A stretch of DNA of 64,000 nt from an uncultured Actinomycetes bacterium (GTDB lineage Bacteria > Actinomycetota > Thermoleophilia > UBA2241). The notes under the pieces were generated by a model. It was not told where the DNA came from, did not search any database, and saw nothing but the letters and a program-made list of their open reading frames with translations. Of this stretch, positions 10,448 through 20,390 are shown in pieces. The translations under genes and the position numbers were made by a program. Every line of letters starts with the position of its first letter. Within the stretch, counting starts at the first letter, position 1. The DNA is taken from contig CAVPVX010000010.1 in NCBI GenBank assembly GCA_963709345.1, forward strand, positions 160,001 to 224,000, given 5' to 3'.

Positions 10448-11551
10448 GTGGACGACACTGAGACGCCAGACGTCGCGGAAGCGCAGATGGTGAGTGGACA
10501 CGAGGAGGTGCGGCCCGGGCAGCAGAGTTGCGACGGCCGCGACCCCGACGGCGTACGCGACCCGGACGCGTCGCGCGCGGGCCCCATCCTCACGACCCAT
10601 GGCCTCACCAAGCAGTTCGGCGGCATCCGCGCTGTGGACGGCCTCGACATGCGCGTCTGCAAGGGCGACATCTTCGGCTTTCTCGGGCCCAACGGCGCCG
10701 GCAAGACGACGGTCATCCGTCTCGCCCTCGGGCTGATCCACCCGACGAGCGGTCACGTGGAGGTGTGCGGGCACCGGGTGCCCGGCGAGCTTCAGGAAGC
10801 GCTACGCCACGTCGGCGGCTTCGTCGACGACCCGACGTTCTACCCGCTCATGAGCGCGCGGCGGAACCTCCGGCTGCTGGGCAGCATGACGGGCCCTGTG
10901 AGCGAGGAGCGCATCGACGAAGTGCTGGACATCGTCGCGCTCCGCGACAGGGCCGGCGACCGTGTCGGCGGCTTCAGCCACGGGATGAAGCAGCGCCTCG
11001 GCATCGCCCAGGCGCTGCTGCACAGCCCCGAGCTCATCGTGCTCGACGAGCCGACCAGCGGGCTGGACCCGCGCGGCATGAAGGACGTGCGCGAGCTCAT
11101 CCGCGAGCTCGGCGCGGCGGGCACGACCGTCTTCCTGAGCTCGCACCTGCTGCACGAGGTGGAGCAGGTGTGTACGCGCGCGGTGATCATCAACAAGGGC
11201 CGCGTCGTCGTGCAGGGTCCTGTGAGTGAGTTGCGGCCCAAGGACGACGCCATCAAGGTGCTCACCGGCGACCAGGGGCGCGCTGCCGGTGTGCTGCGCG
11301 GCCAGTTCGGCGCCGCCGGCGTGAGCGACGACGAGGAGTACCTGATCGTCAAGGCCGGCGAGGACGCGGTGCCCGAGATGGTCCGCCGGCTGGTCGGCGA
11401 CGGCATCGAGGTGCGCGCCGTCGTGCCGGCGCCCGAGCAGGGCCTCGAGGACTTCTTCCTCGAGCTCACCGGCACGGACGACGCGAGCCGGCCGGCGCCG
11501 GCGAAGCGCCGCGCCGGTCTCTCCCGCCTGCTCCCAGGGAGACGGAGATGA
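10448..11551 (+). CDS. ABC transporter ATP-binding protein
   Basis: Walker A GPNGAGKTT, signature FSHGMKQR, Walker B LIVLDEP, H-loop SSH. Confidence 0.93.
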   Translation: MDDTETPDVAEAQMVSGHEEVRPGQQSCDGRDPDGVRDPDASRAGPILTTHGLTKQFGGIRAVDGLDMRVCKGDIFGFLGPNGAGKTTVIRLALGLIHPTSGHVEVCGHRVPGELQEALRHVGGFVDDPTFYPLMSARRNLRLLGSMTGPVSEERIDEVLDIVALRDRAGDRVGGFSHGMKQRLGIAQALLHSPELIVLDEPTSGLDPRGMKDVRELIRELGAAGTTVFLSSHLLHEVEQVCTRAVIINKGRVVVQGPVSELRPKDDAIKVLTGDQGRAAGVLRGQFGAAGVSDDEEYLIVKAGEDAVPEMVRRLVGDGIEVRAVVPAPEQGLEDFFLELTGTDDASRPAPAKRRAGLSRLLPGRRR

Positions 11552-11597
11552 CGGCCGCGGCCCGCCGCGCCGCGCGGCCCGCCGTCGGAGGCCCCCG

Positions 11598-12620
11598 ATG
11601 AGCCCCGCCGGCTGCGCCTGCCCGCCCCCCAAGCCGCCGGGCAAGGACGGCCCGGCGCCCGTCCCACAGGCCGGCGGCCCCGACTACACGACGACCTCCG
11701 GCGAGCCGATCCACGGGCCCGCCGGCCCGCCGCCTGCCGAGCGGTCGCCCGCCGCAGCCACCGACTCCGCTCACGGCAGCACCACCGCCGCCATGCGCGG
11801 CTCCGCCTGGGGCCCGCTGCGCCGCGAGTGGATCAAGCTGTTGTTCCAGCGCCGCAGCTACCTCATCTGGGGCGGCGCGCTCCTCATCCCGTTTCTCATT
11901 GCTCTCGCGCTCTACCTGGCGAGCGAGGATCCGCACGGAGGCGGGGGCGGCCCGCTGTTCATGGAGCGCGTCACCGGCAACGGCATGTTCGTCCCTCTCG
12001 CGGCGCTGTCGTCGCTGCTGCCCTTCCTGTTGCCGCTGGCCGCGGCCATGGTCGCCGGGTACATGGTCGCCGGCGAGGCCGAGTTGGGCACGCTCCGCAT
12101 CGTGCTGCTGCGACCCGTCCGCCGCGGCTCGCTCCTCCTCGCCAAGTGGACGATCGCGATGGCCTATCTCGCCGTCGGCTTCGCGATCATGGCCGTGGGC
12201 GGGCTGCTCTTCGGCGCGCTCTTCTTCGACATCGAGCCGCTGATCACGTTCTCCGGCTCGACCGTGAGCATCGCGGAAGGCCTCGTCCTGATCTTGCTCT
12301 GCTGCCTGTACGGCTTGGCGGCGATGGCCTGCATCGTGTCGCTGGCGCTCCTCTTCAGCACCATCACCGACTCGAGCCTCACAGCTCTGATTGCCACTAT
12401 CGTCATCTACATCGTCCTGCAGGTGCTGATCGCCTTCAGCTACTTCGACTGGTTGGCCCCCTGGGTGTTCCCGCACTACTTCCTCGAGTACGTCAACTTC
12501 TTCCGCGACCCGATCTACTGGGAGCCGATCGTCAAGGGCCTGGCGTCGTTCGCGGCTTGGAGCTTCGGGCTGACGTTCGTCGCCTATCTGCTGTTCCGCC
12601 GCAAGGACGTGTTGTCGTAA
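11598..12620 (+). CDS. ABC-2 type permease
   Basis: REWIKL, AGEAELGTLRIVLLRPVRR, about 6 TM helices, C-terminal FRRKDV. Confidence 0.88.
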   Translation: MSPAGCACPPPKPPGKDGPAPVPQAGGPDYTTTSGEPIHGPAGPPPAERSPAAATDSAHGSTTAAMRGSAWGPLRREWIKLLFQRRSYLIWGGALLIPFLIALALYLASEDPHGGGGGPLFMERVTGNGMFVPLAALSSLLPFLLPLAAAMVAGYMVAGEAELGTLRIVLLRPVRRGSLLLAKWTIAMAYLAVGFAIMAVGGLLFGALFFDIEPLITFSGSTVSIAEGLVLILLCCLYGLAAMACIVSLALLFSTITDSSLTALIATIVIYIVLQVLIAFSYFDWLAPWVFPHYFLEYVNFFRDPIYWEPIVKGLASFAAWSFGLTFVAYLLFRRKDVLS

Positions 12621-12682
12621 GCTGAAGTCGCGCCGGACGTGCCCCCGACCGGACCCGTCCGGAAGCGTCGTCAACCAGGAGG

Positions 12683-13873
12683 ATGACGATGACTGAGGCG
12701 ATCCCCCCGACGATGCGGGCGATGCGGCTCGCGGTGCCCGCACCCGCAGCCGAGGCGCCGCTCGAACTGGTGGAGATGCCCGTGCCCGAGCCGGGTCCCG
12801 GCCAGGTGCTGCTGAAGGTGCTCGCATGCGGCGTCTGCCGCACCGACCTGCACATTCTCGAGGGCGAGCTACCGCCGCATCGCTCACCGGTCGTCCTTGG
12901 TCACCAGATCGTCGCCGAGGTCGCGGCGCTCGGGGAGGGTGCGCAACAGGTCGCGCCGGGCGGCGACCCGTCCGCGTTGCCGCTTCGCGTCGGCGACCGC
13001 GTCGGCGTGCCCTGGCTGCACCAGACCGACGAGACCTGCCGCTTCTGCGTCCGCGGTCGGGAGAACCTCTGCGATCACGCGCTGTTCACCGGCTGGGACG
13101 TGGACGGCGGCTTCGCCGAATACACGCTGGCGCCGGCCGGCTTCGTCTACCGTCTGCCGGCCGGCATGACCGCGATGGCCGCGGCGCCGCTGCTCTGTGC
13201 CGGCATCATCGGCTATCGTTGCCTGCGGCTGGTGGGCATCGTCGGCGACAGCGTCGCGCTTCCGTCGGCCGCCGGCGCCCCCGGCGGATCGGCGGCCGCC
13301 GAGCTGGCCGCCGTCAAGGAGCGGGAGCGCTGGCCCGACTGGCCGCCCGCTCCGCCCGGTTCCGCCGGCCCGCGTCGCCTCGCCATCTACGGCTTCGGCT
13401 CGGCGGCCTCGCTCTGCACGCAGATCGCCGTCTGGCGCGGCTGGGAGGTCTACGGCATCGCCCGCGACGCCGAGCACCGGGCGATGGCGCTCGAGCTCGG
13501 CGCCGTCTGGGCAGGCGAGGCGAGCGACGACCCCGGCGTGCTCTACGACGCGGCGATCGTCTTCGCGCCTGCCGGCGAGCTCGCCGTCGACGCCCTGCGC
13601 CGGCTCGACAAGGGCGGCATCGTGGCGCTGGGCGGGATCTACTCCTCACCCATCCCGCCCATCGAATACCCGTTGATCTACCACGAGCGCGTGGTGCGCA
13701 GCATCGCCAACTCCACGCGCCAGGACGCCCGCGAGCTGCTGCGCGACGCGGCCGCCATCCCTATCGCAAGCCGTGTGCAGGAGTACGCGCTCGAGCAGGC
13801 GAACGAGGCGCTCCTCGACCTCAAGGAGGACAGGGTGCGGGGGTCCGCGGTGCTCAGGGTCGCTGAGGGCTGA
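12683..13873 (+). CDS. Zinc-dependent alcohol dehydrogenase family protein (MDR)
   Basis: CGVCRTDLH, LGHQIV, CRFCVRGRENLC, APLLCAGIIGY, GFGSAA; carries an Ala/Pro-rich insertion. Confidence 0.9.
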   Translation: MTMTEAIPPTMRAMRLAVPAPAAEAPLELVEMPVPEPGPGQVLLKVLACGVCRTDLHILEGELPPHRSPVVLGHQIVAEVAALGEGAQQVAPGGDPSALPLRVGDRVGVPWLHQTDETCRFCVRGRENLCDHALFTGWDVDGGFAEYTLAPAGFVYRLPAGMTAMAAAPLLCAGIIGYRCLRLVGIVGDSVALPSAAGAPGGSAAAELAAVKERERWPDWPPAPPGSAGPRRLAIYGFGSAASLCTQIAVWRGWEVYGIARDAEHRAMALELGAVWAGEASDDPGVLYDAAIVFAPAGELAVDALRRLDKGGIVALGGIYSSPIPPIEYPLIYHERVVRSIANSTRQDARELLRDAAAIPIASRVQEYALEQANEALLDLKEDRVRGSAVLRVAEG

Positions 13874-13890
13874 GCGAGCCTGGGAGCATC

Positions 13891-14187
13891 ATGAAGCGAG
13901 GTGGAGTGGGCGTTGAAGCGCGCCCCGAGGAGGTGTGGCAGCAGACCGCCGTGCTCTCAGGAGTCTCCAAGGAGTTCACCGACAGCTACTACGCCGGGAA
14001 GAGGAAGGCGGTCGCCAATCGTCTGGGCGAGGTCATCGAGTACGAGGCTCCGAAGCGGCCTGCCGACATCGGGCTCACCCGCGCGCAGCAGTCGTTCGTC
14101 TACCTGCCATTGGCTGGCCCCATTCGCCGGTCCACTTCCTATGTCAGTGCCGGAGTCACCTCCGGGGTAGAGGTCGGAGGAGCGTAG
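13891..14187 (+). pseudogene. Truncated ASCH/PUA-like domain protein (C-terminal half only)
   Basis: PEEVWQQT..SGVSKEF..YY.G..KAVA..LGEV..Y..P....IG..RAQQSFVYL resembles the C-terminus of ASCH-family proteins; the N-terminal half is missing. Confidence 0.5.
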
Positions 14188-14249
14188 TCGGAGAGCGAGA
14201 AGCCTGGGAAAACGCTCGTCTCAGGCGCCGGCGGCCTGTTGCCGAGCGC

Positions 14250-14530
14250 GCCGTGCAGGCGGCGGTGGCGAGGCTGCCGCAGCGTCACTCCGACCTCCTC
14301 AGGATCTTCAAGTCGGTGGAGCACACGCATGACGAAGAGGCCTGCGAGCGGCTGCCGGCAGACCAGTCGGTGCGCGACGAGTTCTACGAGCGGCTGTCCG
14401 CGTGTGCGCGCTCGCCGGGCATCTCGCTCTCCGCCGAGGCGCTCTTCCGCGACACGAGCGACAAGAAGGTCCGCCGCTACAAGGCGGACCTGCGGTGCTT
14501 CGAGAATCTGCGCCGGTCCGTGCGCCGCGG
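14250..14530 (+). pseudogene. hsdR: Fragment of type I restriction enzyme R subunit C-terminal region
   Basis: RLPQRHSDLLRIFK..DEEACERL.AD..VRDEFYERLS...SLS...RYKADL..FENLRRSV resembles the HsdR C-terminus (from recollection); no start codon or helicase motifs. Confidence 0.55.
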
Positions 14531-14639
14531 GGCGCCGGACTGCCCGGCATCGCGTGCCGCAGCGCCGCGCCGGCCGCCCCGGAGGGCGGCGAGGAGTTGG
14601 CGTGGTTCCCTCGCGAAAGACGGCTCGCCGCACGCGGCG

Positions 14640-15890
14640 TCAAGGCCTTCGCCGACTGGTTCTGGCCCCGCCCCGTGTGAGAAGGGGTAGCGCCGCGCTC
14701 ACCTGCGGCCACGGAGGCAGGCGCCTCGACCATTCTGGCGTCAGCAGAGCGGCGAGGGGCGTGGCCAGCGGCGCGAGCATCCCGAGTACCACCGGGAGCC
14801 ATACTCCGGCGGCGAGCCCCAATGCAAGTGGCGGCAGCCAGTACCAGGCGTGGACGACCGGCAGGCAGAGGACGAGAAGGGTGAGCGACCACGCGAAGGC
14901 GGTCGCCGTGCGCTCGCGTCCGCGCAGCAGAAGCGCGAAGGCGACCGCTCCGCCCACGGTGACGGCGCCGCACAGCAGCAGAGCGACATCACGCGAGGCG
15001 ACGTGGGTCAAGAGCGAGTAGATCAGGGCTCCTCCCGTCCACGTGGAGCCGCTCTCGAAGAGCGAGCCGAAGGCGCCGCCGGTCAGCAGGTACGGCACAT
15101 AGGGGATGGCGAGGGTGGGCACGAAGCCGGCCAGAAAGCGCAGCGGCTTTGCCCGCCCGCCCAGCAGCGCCGGCACCAGAAGCACCGCCGGCGTGATCCT
15201 GAAGGCGACGGCCAGGCCCAGTACGGCGCCGGCGGCCAGGTCGCGGCGGCGCACGAGCAGCGCCGCCGCAGCGACCACGAGGAAGACGGTGACCGCCTCA
15301 AGGTGGGCCTGCCCCCAGGTCTGAAGGATGACGACCGGGCAGAGCAGGTAGAGCACGGTCGCCGCGTGCCGGCGTCGGGCGCCCGCCAGCCACCAGATGG
15401 CCGCAGCCGTGGCGAGGTCGAAGAGGCCGAAGAGGAGCTTGAGGCCCATAAGGCCGCCATCAAGAGCGGCCACTCCGAGAAAGGTCGCCTCGGCGAGAGG
15501 CGGGTACGGTGTGCGCACGCCCGGATGGTTGATCAGGTCGCGCCCGTCGTGCTCGACACCGTCGAGTGCGGGTGCTCGTGGAGTGTGCAGATACGGATTG
15601 ACCCCCGAGAGTTGCACTTTGCCGTCCCAGAGGTAGCGGACGTAGTCGTCGGAGATGCTGGGAGTGACCGGAAGGAAGATGACGCGAAGGATGACGGCGG
15701 CGATGATGACGCCGCGCAGCGGCAGTCTCGTTGCCGCCGAAGCAACGAGGGCGAAGCCCAGGCCGCTGAAGCCGTAGAATACGGTGAACCGGGTGGAGTG
15801 CTCGACGAGGTCGCCGGATGCGGCGAGCGCCACGAGCCCCGCCGCGACCGACGCCAGACCGAGGTAGGCGCGCCAGCGTGGATCATTCAT
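14640..15890 (-). CDS. GT87/DUF2029-like polyprenol-phosphate-sugar dependent membrane glycosyltransferase (GT-C)
   Basis: SDDYVRYLWDG...GVNPY, INHP..RTPYPPLAE, many TM helices, VVHAWYWL. Start at ATG 15890 or 15899. Confidence 0.75.
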   Translation of the reverse strand: MNDPRWRAYLGLASVAAGLVALAASGDLVEHSTRFTVFYGFSGLGFALVASAATRLPLRGVIIAAVILRVIFLPVTPSISDDYVRYLWDGKVQLSGVNPYLHTPRAPALDGVEHDGRDLINHPGVRTPYPPLAEATFLGVAALDGGLMGLKLLFGLFDLATAAAIWWLAGARRRHAATVLYLLCPVVILQTWGQAHLEAVTVFLVVAAAALLVRRRDLAAGAVLGLAVAFRITPAVLLVPALLGGRAKPLRFLAGFVPTLAIPYVPYLLTGGAFGSLFESGSTWTGGALIYSLLTHVASRDVALLLCGAVTVGGAVAFALLLRGRERTATAFAWSLTLLVLCLPVVHAWYWLPPLALGLAAGVWLPVVLGMLAPLATPLAALLTPEWSRRLPPWPQVSAALPLLTRGGARTSRRRP

Positions 15891-16606
15891 CGTCGCCATC
15901 GTACTTCATCGTCGTGCCGGTGCTCGACGAAGCCGAGGCGCTACCGGGTCTTCTCGCGGACCTGCAGCGGCTCGGACTGCTCGAGCAGACGCTCTTCGTG
16001 GACAACGGCTCTCACGATGGGAGCCCCGACCTCGTCGTCGCGGCCGGCGGAACCGTGCTGCACGAGACCCGCCGCGGGTACGCCTACCCCTGCTTCACCG
16101 GCGCGCGCGAAGCCGCGGCGCGGGGCGCCTCGGCGGTCGTCTTCATGGAGGGGGACGGTACCGACGACCCGGCCCAGGTGCGCCACCTCGTGGGGCCGGT
16201 GCTCGCCGACGTCGCCGATCTCGTCGTGGGGTCGCGGCGCGTCGCCGTGCAGGGCGGCGACGCCGGCTCCATGCCGTGGCATCAGCGGGTCGGCAACGAG
16301 TACCTGGCTCTCGCGCTTCGCATCCTGTTCGACCTGCGGCTCAGCGACGACGGCCCGTTTCGCGCCGTTCGCCTCGACCTGCTCGACCGGTTGCGGCTCG
16401 AGGAGCGCCCGTGGGCCTTCACCACCGAGATGGCCGTGAAGGCCCGCCTCGTGGGCGCCCGGATCGCCGTCCGCGACACCAGGTACCGGGTGCGTGGCGG
16501 CCGCTCCAAGATCGCCGGCACGCTGGGCGGCACTCTGGGAGCCGTGCGCGACATCCTGTGGAGCATCCTGCGGCTGCGGCTCTTCGGCTTTCGGCCGCAG
16601 GGCTGA
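15878..16606 (+). CDS. Family 2 glycosyltransferase (DPM synthase-like)
   Basis: IVVPVLDEA, VDNGSHDGS, RRGYAYPC, MEGDGTDDP, DLVVGSR, DDGPFRA, GRSKIAGT. GTG start at 15878. Confidence 0.88.
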   Translation: MDHSSSPSYFIVVPVLDEAEALPGLLADLQRLGLLEQTLFVDNGSHDGSPDLVVAAGGTVLHETRRGYAYPCFTGAREAAARGASAVVFMEGDGTDDPAQVRHLVGPVLADVADLVVGSRRVAVQGGDAGSMPWHQRVGNEYLALALRILFDLRLSDDGPFRAVRLDLLDRLRLEERPWAFTTEMAVKARLVGARIAVRDTRYRVRGGRSKIAGTLGGTLGAVRDILWSILRLRLFGFRPQG

Positions 16607-16644
16607 GGCCGGACGCCTCGCGCACGTCCGTCAGTGACTCCTGT

Positions 16645-16663
16645 GCCCGGGAGACTCCCGAGC
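16645..16663 (-). promoter_or_regulatory. Putative bacterial SECIS element
   Basis: Minus-strand GCUCGGGA-GUC-UCCCGGGC 8-bp hairpin begins 11 nt after the UGA at 16677-16675; loop starts with G; no U-tract. Confidence 0.6.
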
Positions 16664-16665
16664 GG

Positions 16666-18588
16666 TCAGTAGCCTCATATGCAGTCGAAGAGCGCGAGGT
16701 TCCTTTCGCCGGCGACCGCCTGACCGGTATCGCACGAGGCGCCGGCTTCGCCGGAGCAGGAGAAGACGGTGGCGGGCGGTGCTGCCGGATCGGCCGCGGC
16801 GGCCGCTTCGTCGATGAGCTGCTGCATGACCGGGCGCACCAGGTCGCAGTAGGGGAAGGGGGCCGTCAAGCCGCCCGGCTCTTCGGCAGCTCGGGCGGCA
16901 TAGTGCGCCTGCATCCAGCACTCGCCGCCGCAGGCGTCCACGACGGGGCAGCTGCGGCACTCGTTGCGGTCGCGCGCATGCATGTTGCGCAGCAGCCTCA
17001 GGGCTGGGGAGGAGCGCCAGATGTCCTCAAGGGAGGTACTGCGCAGATCGCCGGCCACGAAGGCCGGATCCCCGCAGGTGATCGGGCAAGCGTGCACGCG
17101 GCCGAAGGGGTCGATGGCGAGATCCTTGCAGCCTGAGGCGCAGAAGTCCAGAGGTGCCTTGAGGCGTCGCCGCCAAGCCGGGATGTTGTCCACGAACAAG
17201 TCAACCTCGCCCGCCGCCGTCTCCAGAGCGCGCACGCCCTGCAGCATCTCCTCGCTGCTCGGGATGAGTTCGGGGGCGTCGGGCAGGCCGCCGCGGTCGT
17301 GCGGGAAGATGAGGTGCAGGCGCGTGACTCCGGCGGCCCGCACGAGCCGCGCCATCTCGGGCAGACCCGGCAGCACCGGCCGCAGCACGACCGTGTTCAC
17401 CACCGGCGCCAGACCGGCTTCCAGCAGGTGGGCGATCGTCTCCATGACGCCGTCCCAGTTGCCGGCTCCGCGCAGCGCATCGTTGGTGGCCGGCGGACCG
17501 TCGAGGCTGAGGAGCGGCCGGAAGCGGCCGTGCCCTGCGCGCGCCAGTTCAAACGCCTTGTCGCGATCGATCCTGCGGTTGAAGAAGAGCCTGGTCTTCG
17601 CCTGTCGCGTGCCCGACGCGTAGTCGATCAGCTCGATGAGATCGCGGCGCAACAGCGGGTCGCCGCCGATGAAGACGAAGCTCTCGCCGCCCAGATCCAG
17701 GCACTGGTCGATCGCATCCTTCCAGGCCTCCGTGGAGAGCTCGTCCGGGTCGCGCGGGCTCGTCTTGTTGTAGCAGTGCGGACAATCGAGGCCGCAGCGA
17801 TTGGTCACGTGCAGGTAAGTCTCCCTGATGTGCTCAAGCGGTTCCCCGCGCGGCGGCTCACCGCCCCCCGCGCCGATGAGGCGCTCCATGAGCGGCAGGT
17901 CGGCGACCGTGTCGACGTCCACCCACAGGGGCAGCTGGTCCACGTGCAGGCCGAGCACGGCCGCCTCACGCAGCGTGAACGGCAACGCTCGAGGCGTCCC
18001 CATCGGCGTACCGGACAGGAGCCCGTTCAGTTCGTTTCCGCGGGTCTCCCACGTGGAGCGGGAGAGGCCGATGAGGTAGTAGCCGCCGTCGGTGGCCGGG
18101 CCGAGCACCAGATGTCCCTGTGCCTCTCGGCCCTCGTCGTCTGCTGCTTCCAGGAGCTCGAAGCTCCTCGCCACGTACTCCTCCGGCATGCCGGGGCTGT
18201 CGCTGCTCACGATCGTGACCCAGTGGTAGCCGGCGTGGAAGAGCTGCGCGAAGACGCTTGCGAGACGCTCACCCAGGTCGTCGCCCGTCTGACGGATGAG
18301 GGTCCACGCCGAAGGAGTCAGGCGACTCTCGGTGCTAAGTCCAAGGCTCCCCAGGTCGGGTTCACCGTCCGGGTCGCCGTCGGCGAGAGCGACGAAGAGC
18401 GTCGTGTCCGGCGCGGATTGAGCACGCACCATCGTGTCTCCGAGAAGCGTGATGTACACGTCCAGGGCGCCCTCCGCCCCGATGCCTTCGGCCAGGCGGG
18501 TCTTGACCTGGCCCGCCACAGCCCGGCGGGCCATGATCACCAGAGCGCGGCCGCGATCCGCCACGGCGTCTCGCCTTGCTCCCGCCAT
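16666..18588 (-). CDS. DUF2064/TIGR04282-like glycosyltransferase fused to radical SAM/SPASM domain; probable selenoprotein (C-terminal CIUGY)
   Basis: N-domain: GQVKTRLA, QTGDDLGERL, SDSP, LGPATDGGYYLIG, DVDTVADL. C-domain: CGLDCPHC, GGDP, SPASM CASG...C and CRSCPVVDACGGEC. ATG 18588 overlaps the doxX stop. Ends at 16675 if UGA is a stop, at 16666 if it is Sec. Confidence 0.85.
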
Positions 18589-19076
18589 CAGTACACCGGC
18601 AGCCGTGGGCTCGGCTTCCGGCGCGCCAGGACGGCATCCACGCCCAAAGTACGCCCCGACTGCGCGAGACCGATCGCGACCAGCAGCAAGAACATGATGA
18701 TGTAGATGCCGGGCCACTCGTTGGTCCCTGAGGTGGCGATCAGCAGATTGAGCTGAAAACCGGCGGCCAGCAGCGCCGACACCGGCGTGAAGACGCCCAG
18801 CACCAGGAAGAGGCCGAAGACCACGAGCTCGATCGCGAACTGGCCGTAGGCGAACACCCAGGCGTTGGGGATCATCACGTCGTTCAGCATGTCGGCGAAC
18901 AGGCCGACCTTGGTCGTGTCGGCGTAGTGCTGCACGAAATCGGCCCAGCCGCCGGGCGAATAGAAGCCCTTCGCAAGGTTGTCGGTCCACACGGCGATGA
19001 AGATGGCGCCCATCATGATCCGAAGGCACGCCATCAGAAGCTCGCTGCGGTGTTCCCGGGTCGTCCAGAGGCTCAT
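18588..19076 (-). CDS. DoxX / TQO small subunit DoxD-like membrane protein
   Basis: LRIMMGAIF, IELVVFGLFLVLGVFT, SGRTLGVD; 4 TM helices; GGGGAG RBS. Confidence 0.75.
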   Translation of the reverse strand: MSLWTTREHRSELLMACLRIMMGAIFIAVWTDNLAKGFYSPGGWADFVQHYADTTKVGLFADMLNDVMIPNAWVFAYGQFAIELVVFGLFLVLGVFTPVSALLAAGFQLNLLIATSGTNEWPGIYIIMFLLLVAIGLAQSGRTLGVDAVLARRKPSPRLPVY

Positions 19077-19128
19077 GGTTGCTCCCCGCGTTGCTTTCAG
19101 AGGGAGCGTACCCGGGGGAGGTGCTTCG

Positions 19129-19401
19129 TCACCCTCCGGCGACCGGAGGAATGATGTCGATCCGGTCGCCGTCGGACAGCGCTGTCGCTTTGACGCCGGC
19201 CGACGGCAGGTGCCGCCCGTTGAGCACGACCGAGACGAGCAGACGGTCGCCGTAGAAGATGCGCTGCTCGTACTGCGGCGCTCGCGCCGCGACCGCGAGC
19301 AGCGCCTCTCCCACCGTCGCCGCCTTGCAGGGCACGTCGTGGGCGGGCTGCGGCGAGGTCAGGACCGCGGGGAGGTGGACAATGACGGCCGGCATGCTCA
19401 C
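19129..19401 (-). CDS. MoaD/ThiS family ubiquitin-like sulfur carrier
   Basis: About 90 aa beta-grasp pattern ending LSDGDRIDIIPPVAGG (C-terminal di-Gly). Confidence 0.88.
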   Translation of the reverse strand: MSMPAVIVHLPAVLTSPQPAHDVPCKAATVGEALLAVAARAPQYEQRIFYGDRLLVSVVLNGRHLPSAGVKATALSDGDRIDIIPPVAGG

Positions 19402-19417
19402 TGCGGGGATCCGGTGG

Positions 19418-20347
<930 letters not shown>

Positions 20348-20384
20348 CGGGTCACCGCTGGGGGTAGGTTGCTGTTGGTCTTCG

Positions 20385-20390
20385 ATTATA
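20385..20390 (-). promoter_or_regulatory. -10 element TATAAT upstream of nadA
   Basis: Perfect TATAAT 37 nt upstream of the nadA ATG in a very GC-rich background; overlaps the yihY stop codon. Confidence 0.55.

Noticed and set aside
18589-19029. N-terminal extension of the GT-rSAM ORF
   Set aside because: Overlaps doxX out of frame; ATG 18588, coupled to the doxX stop, is the better start.
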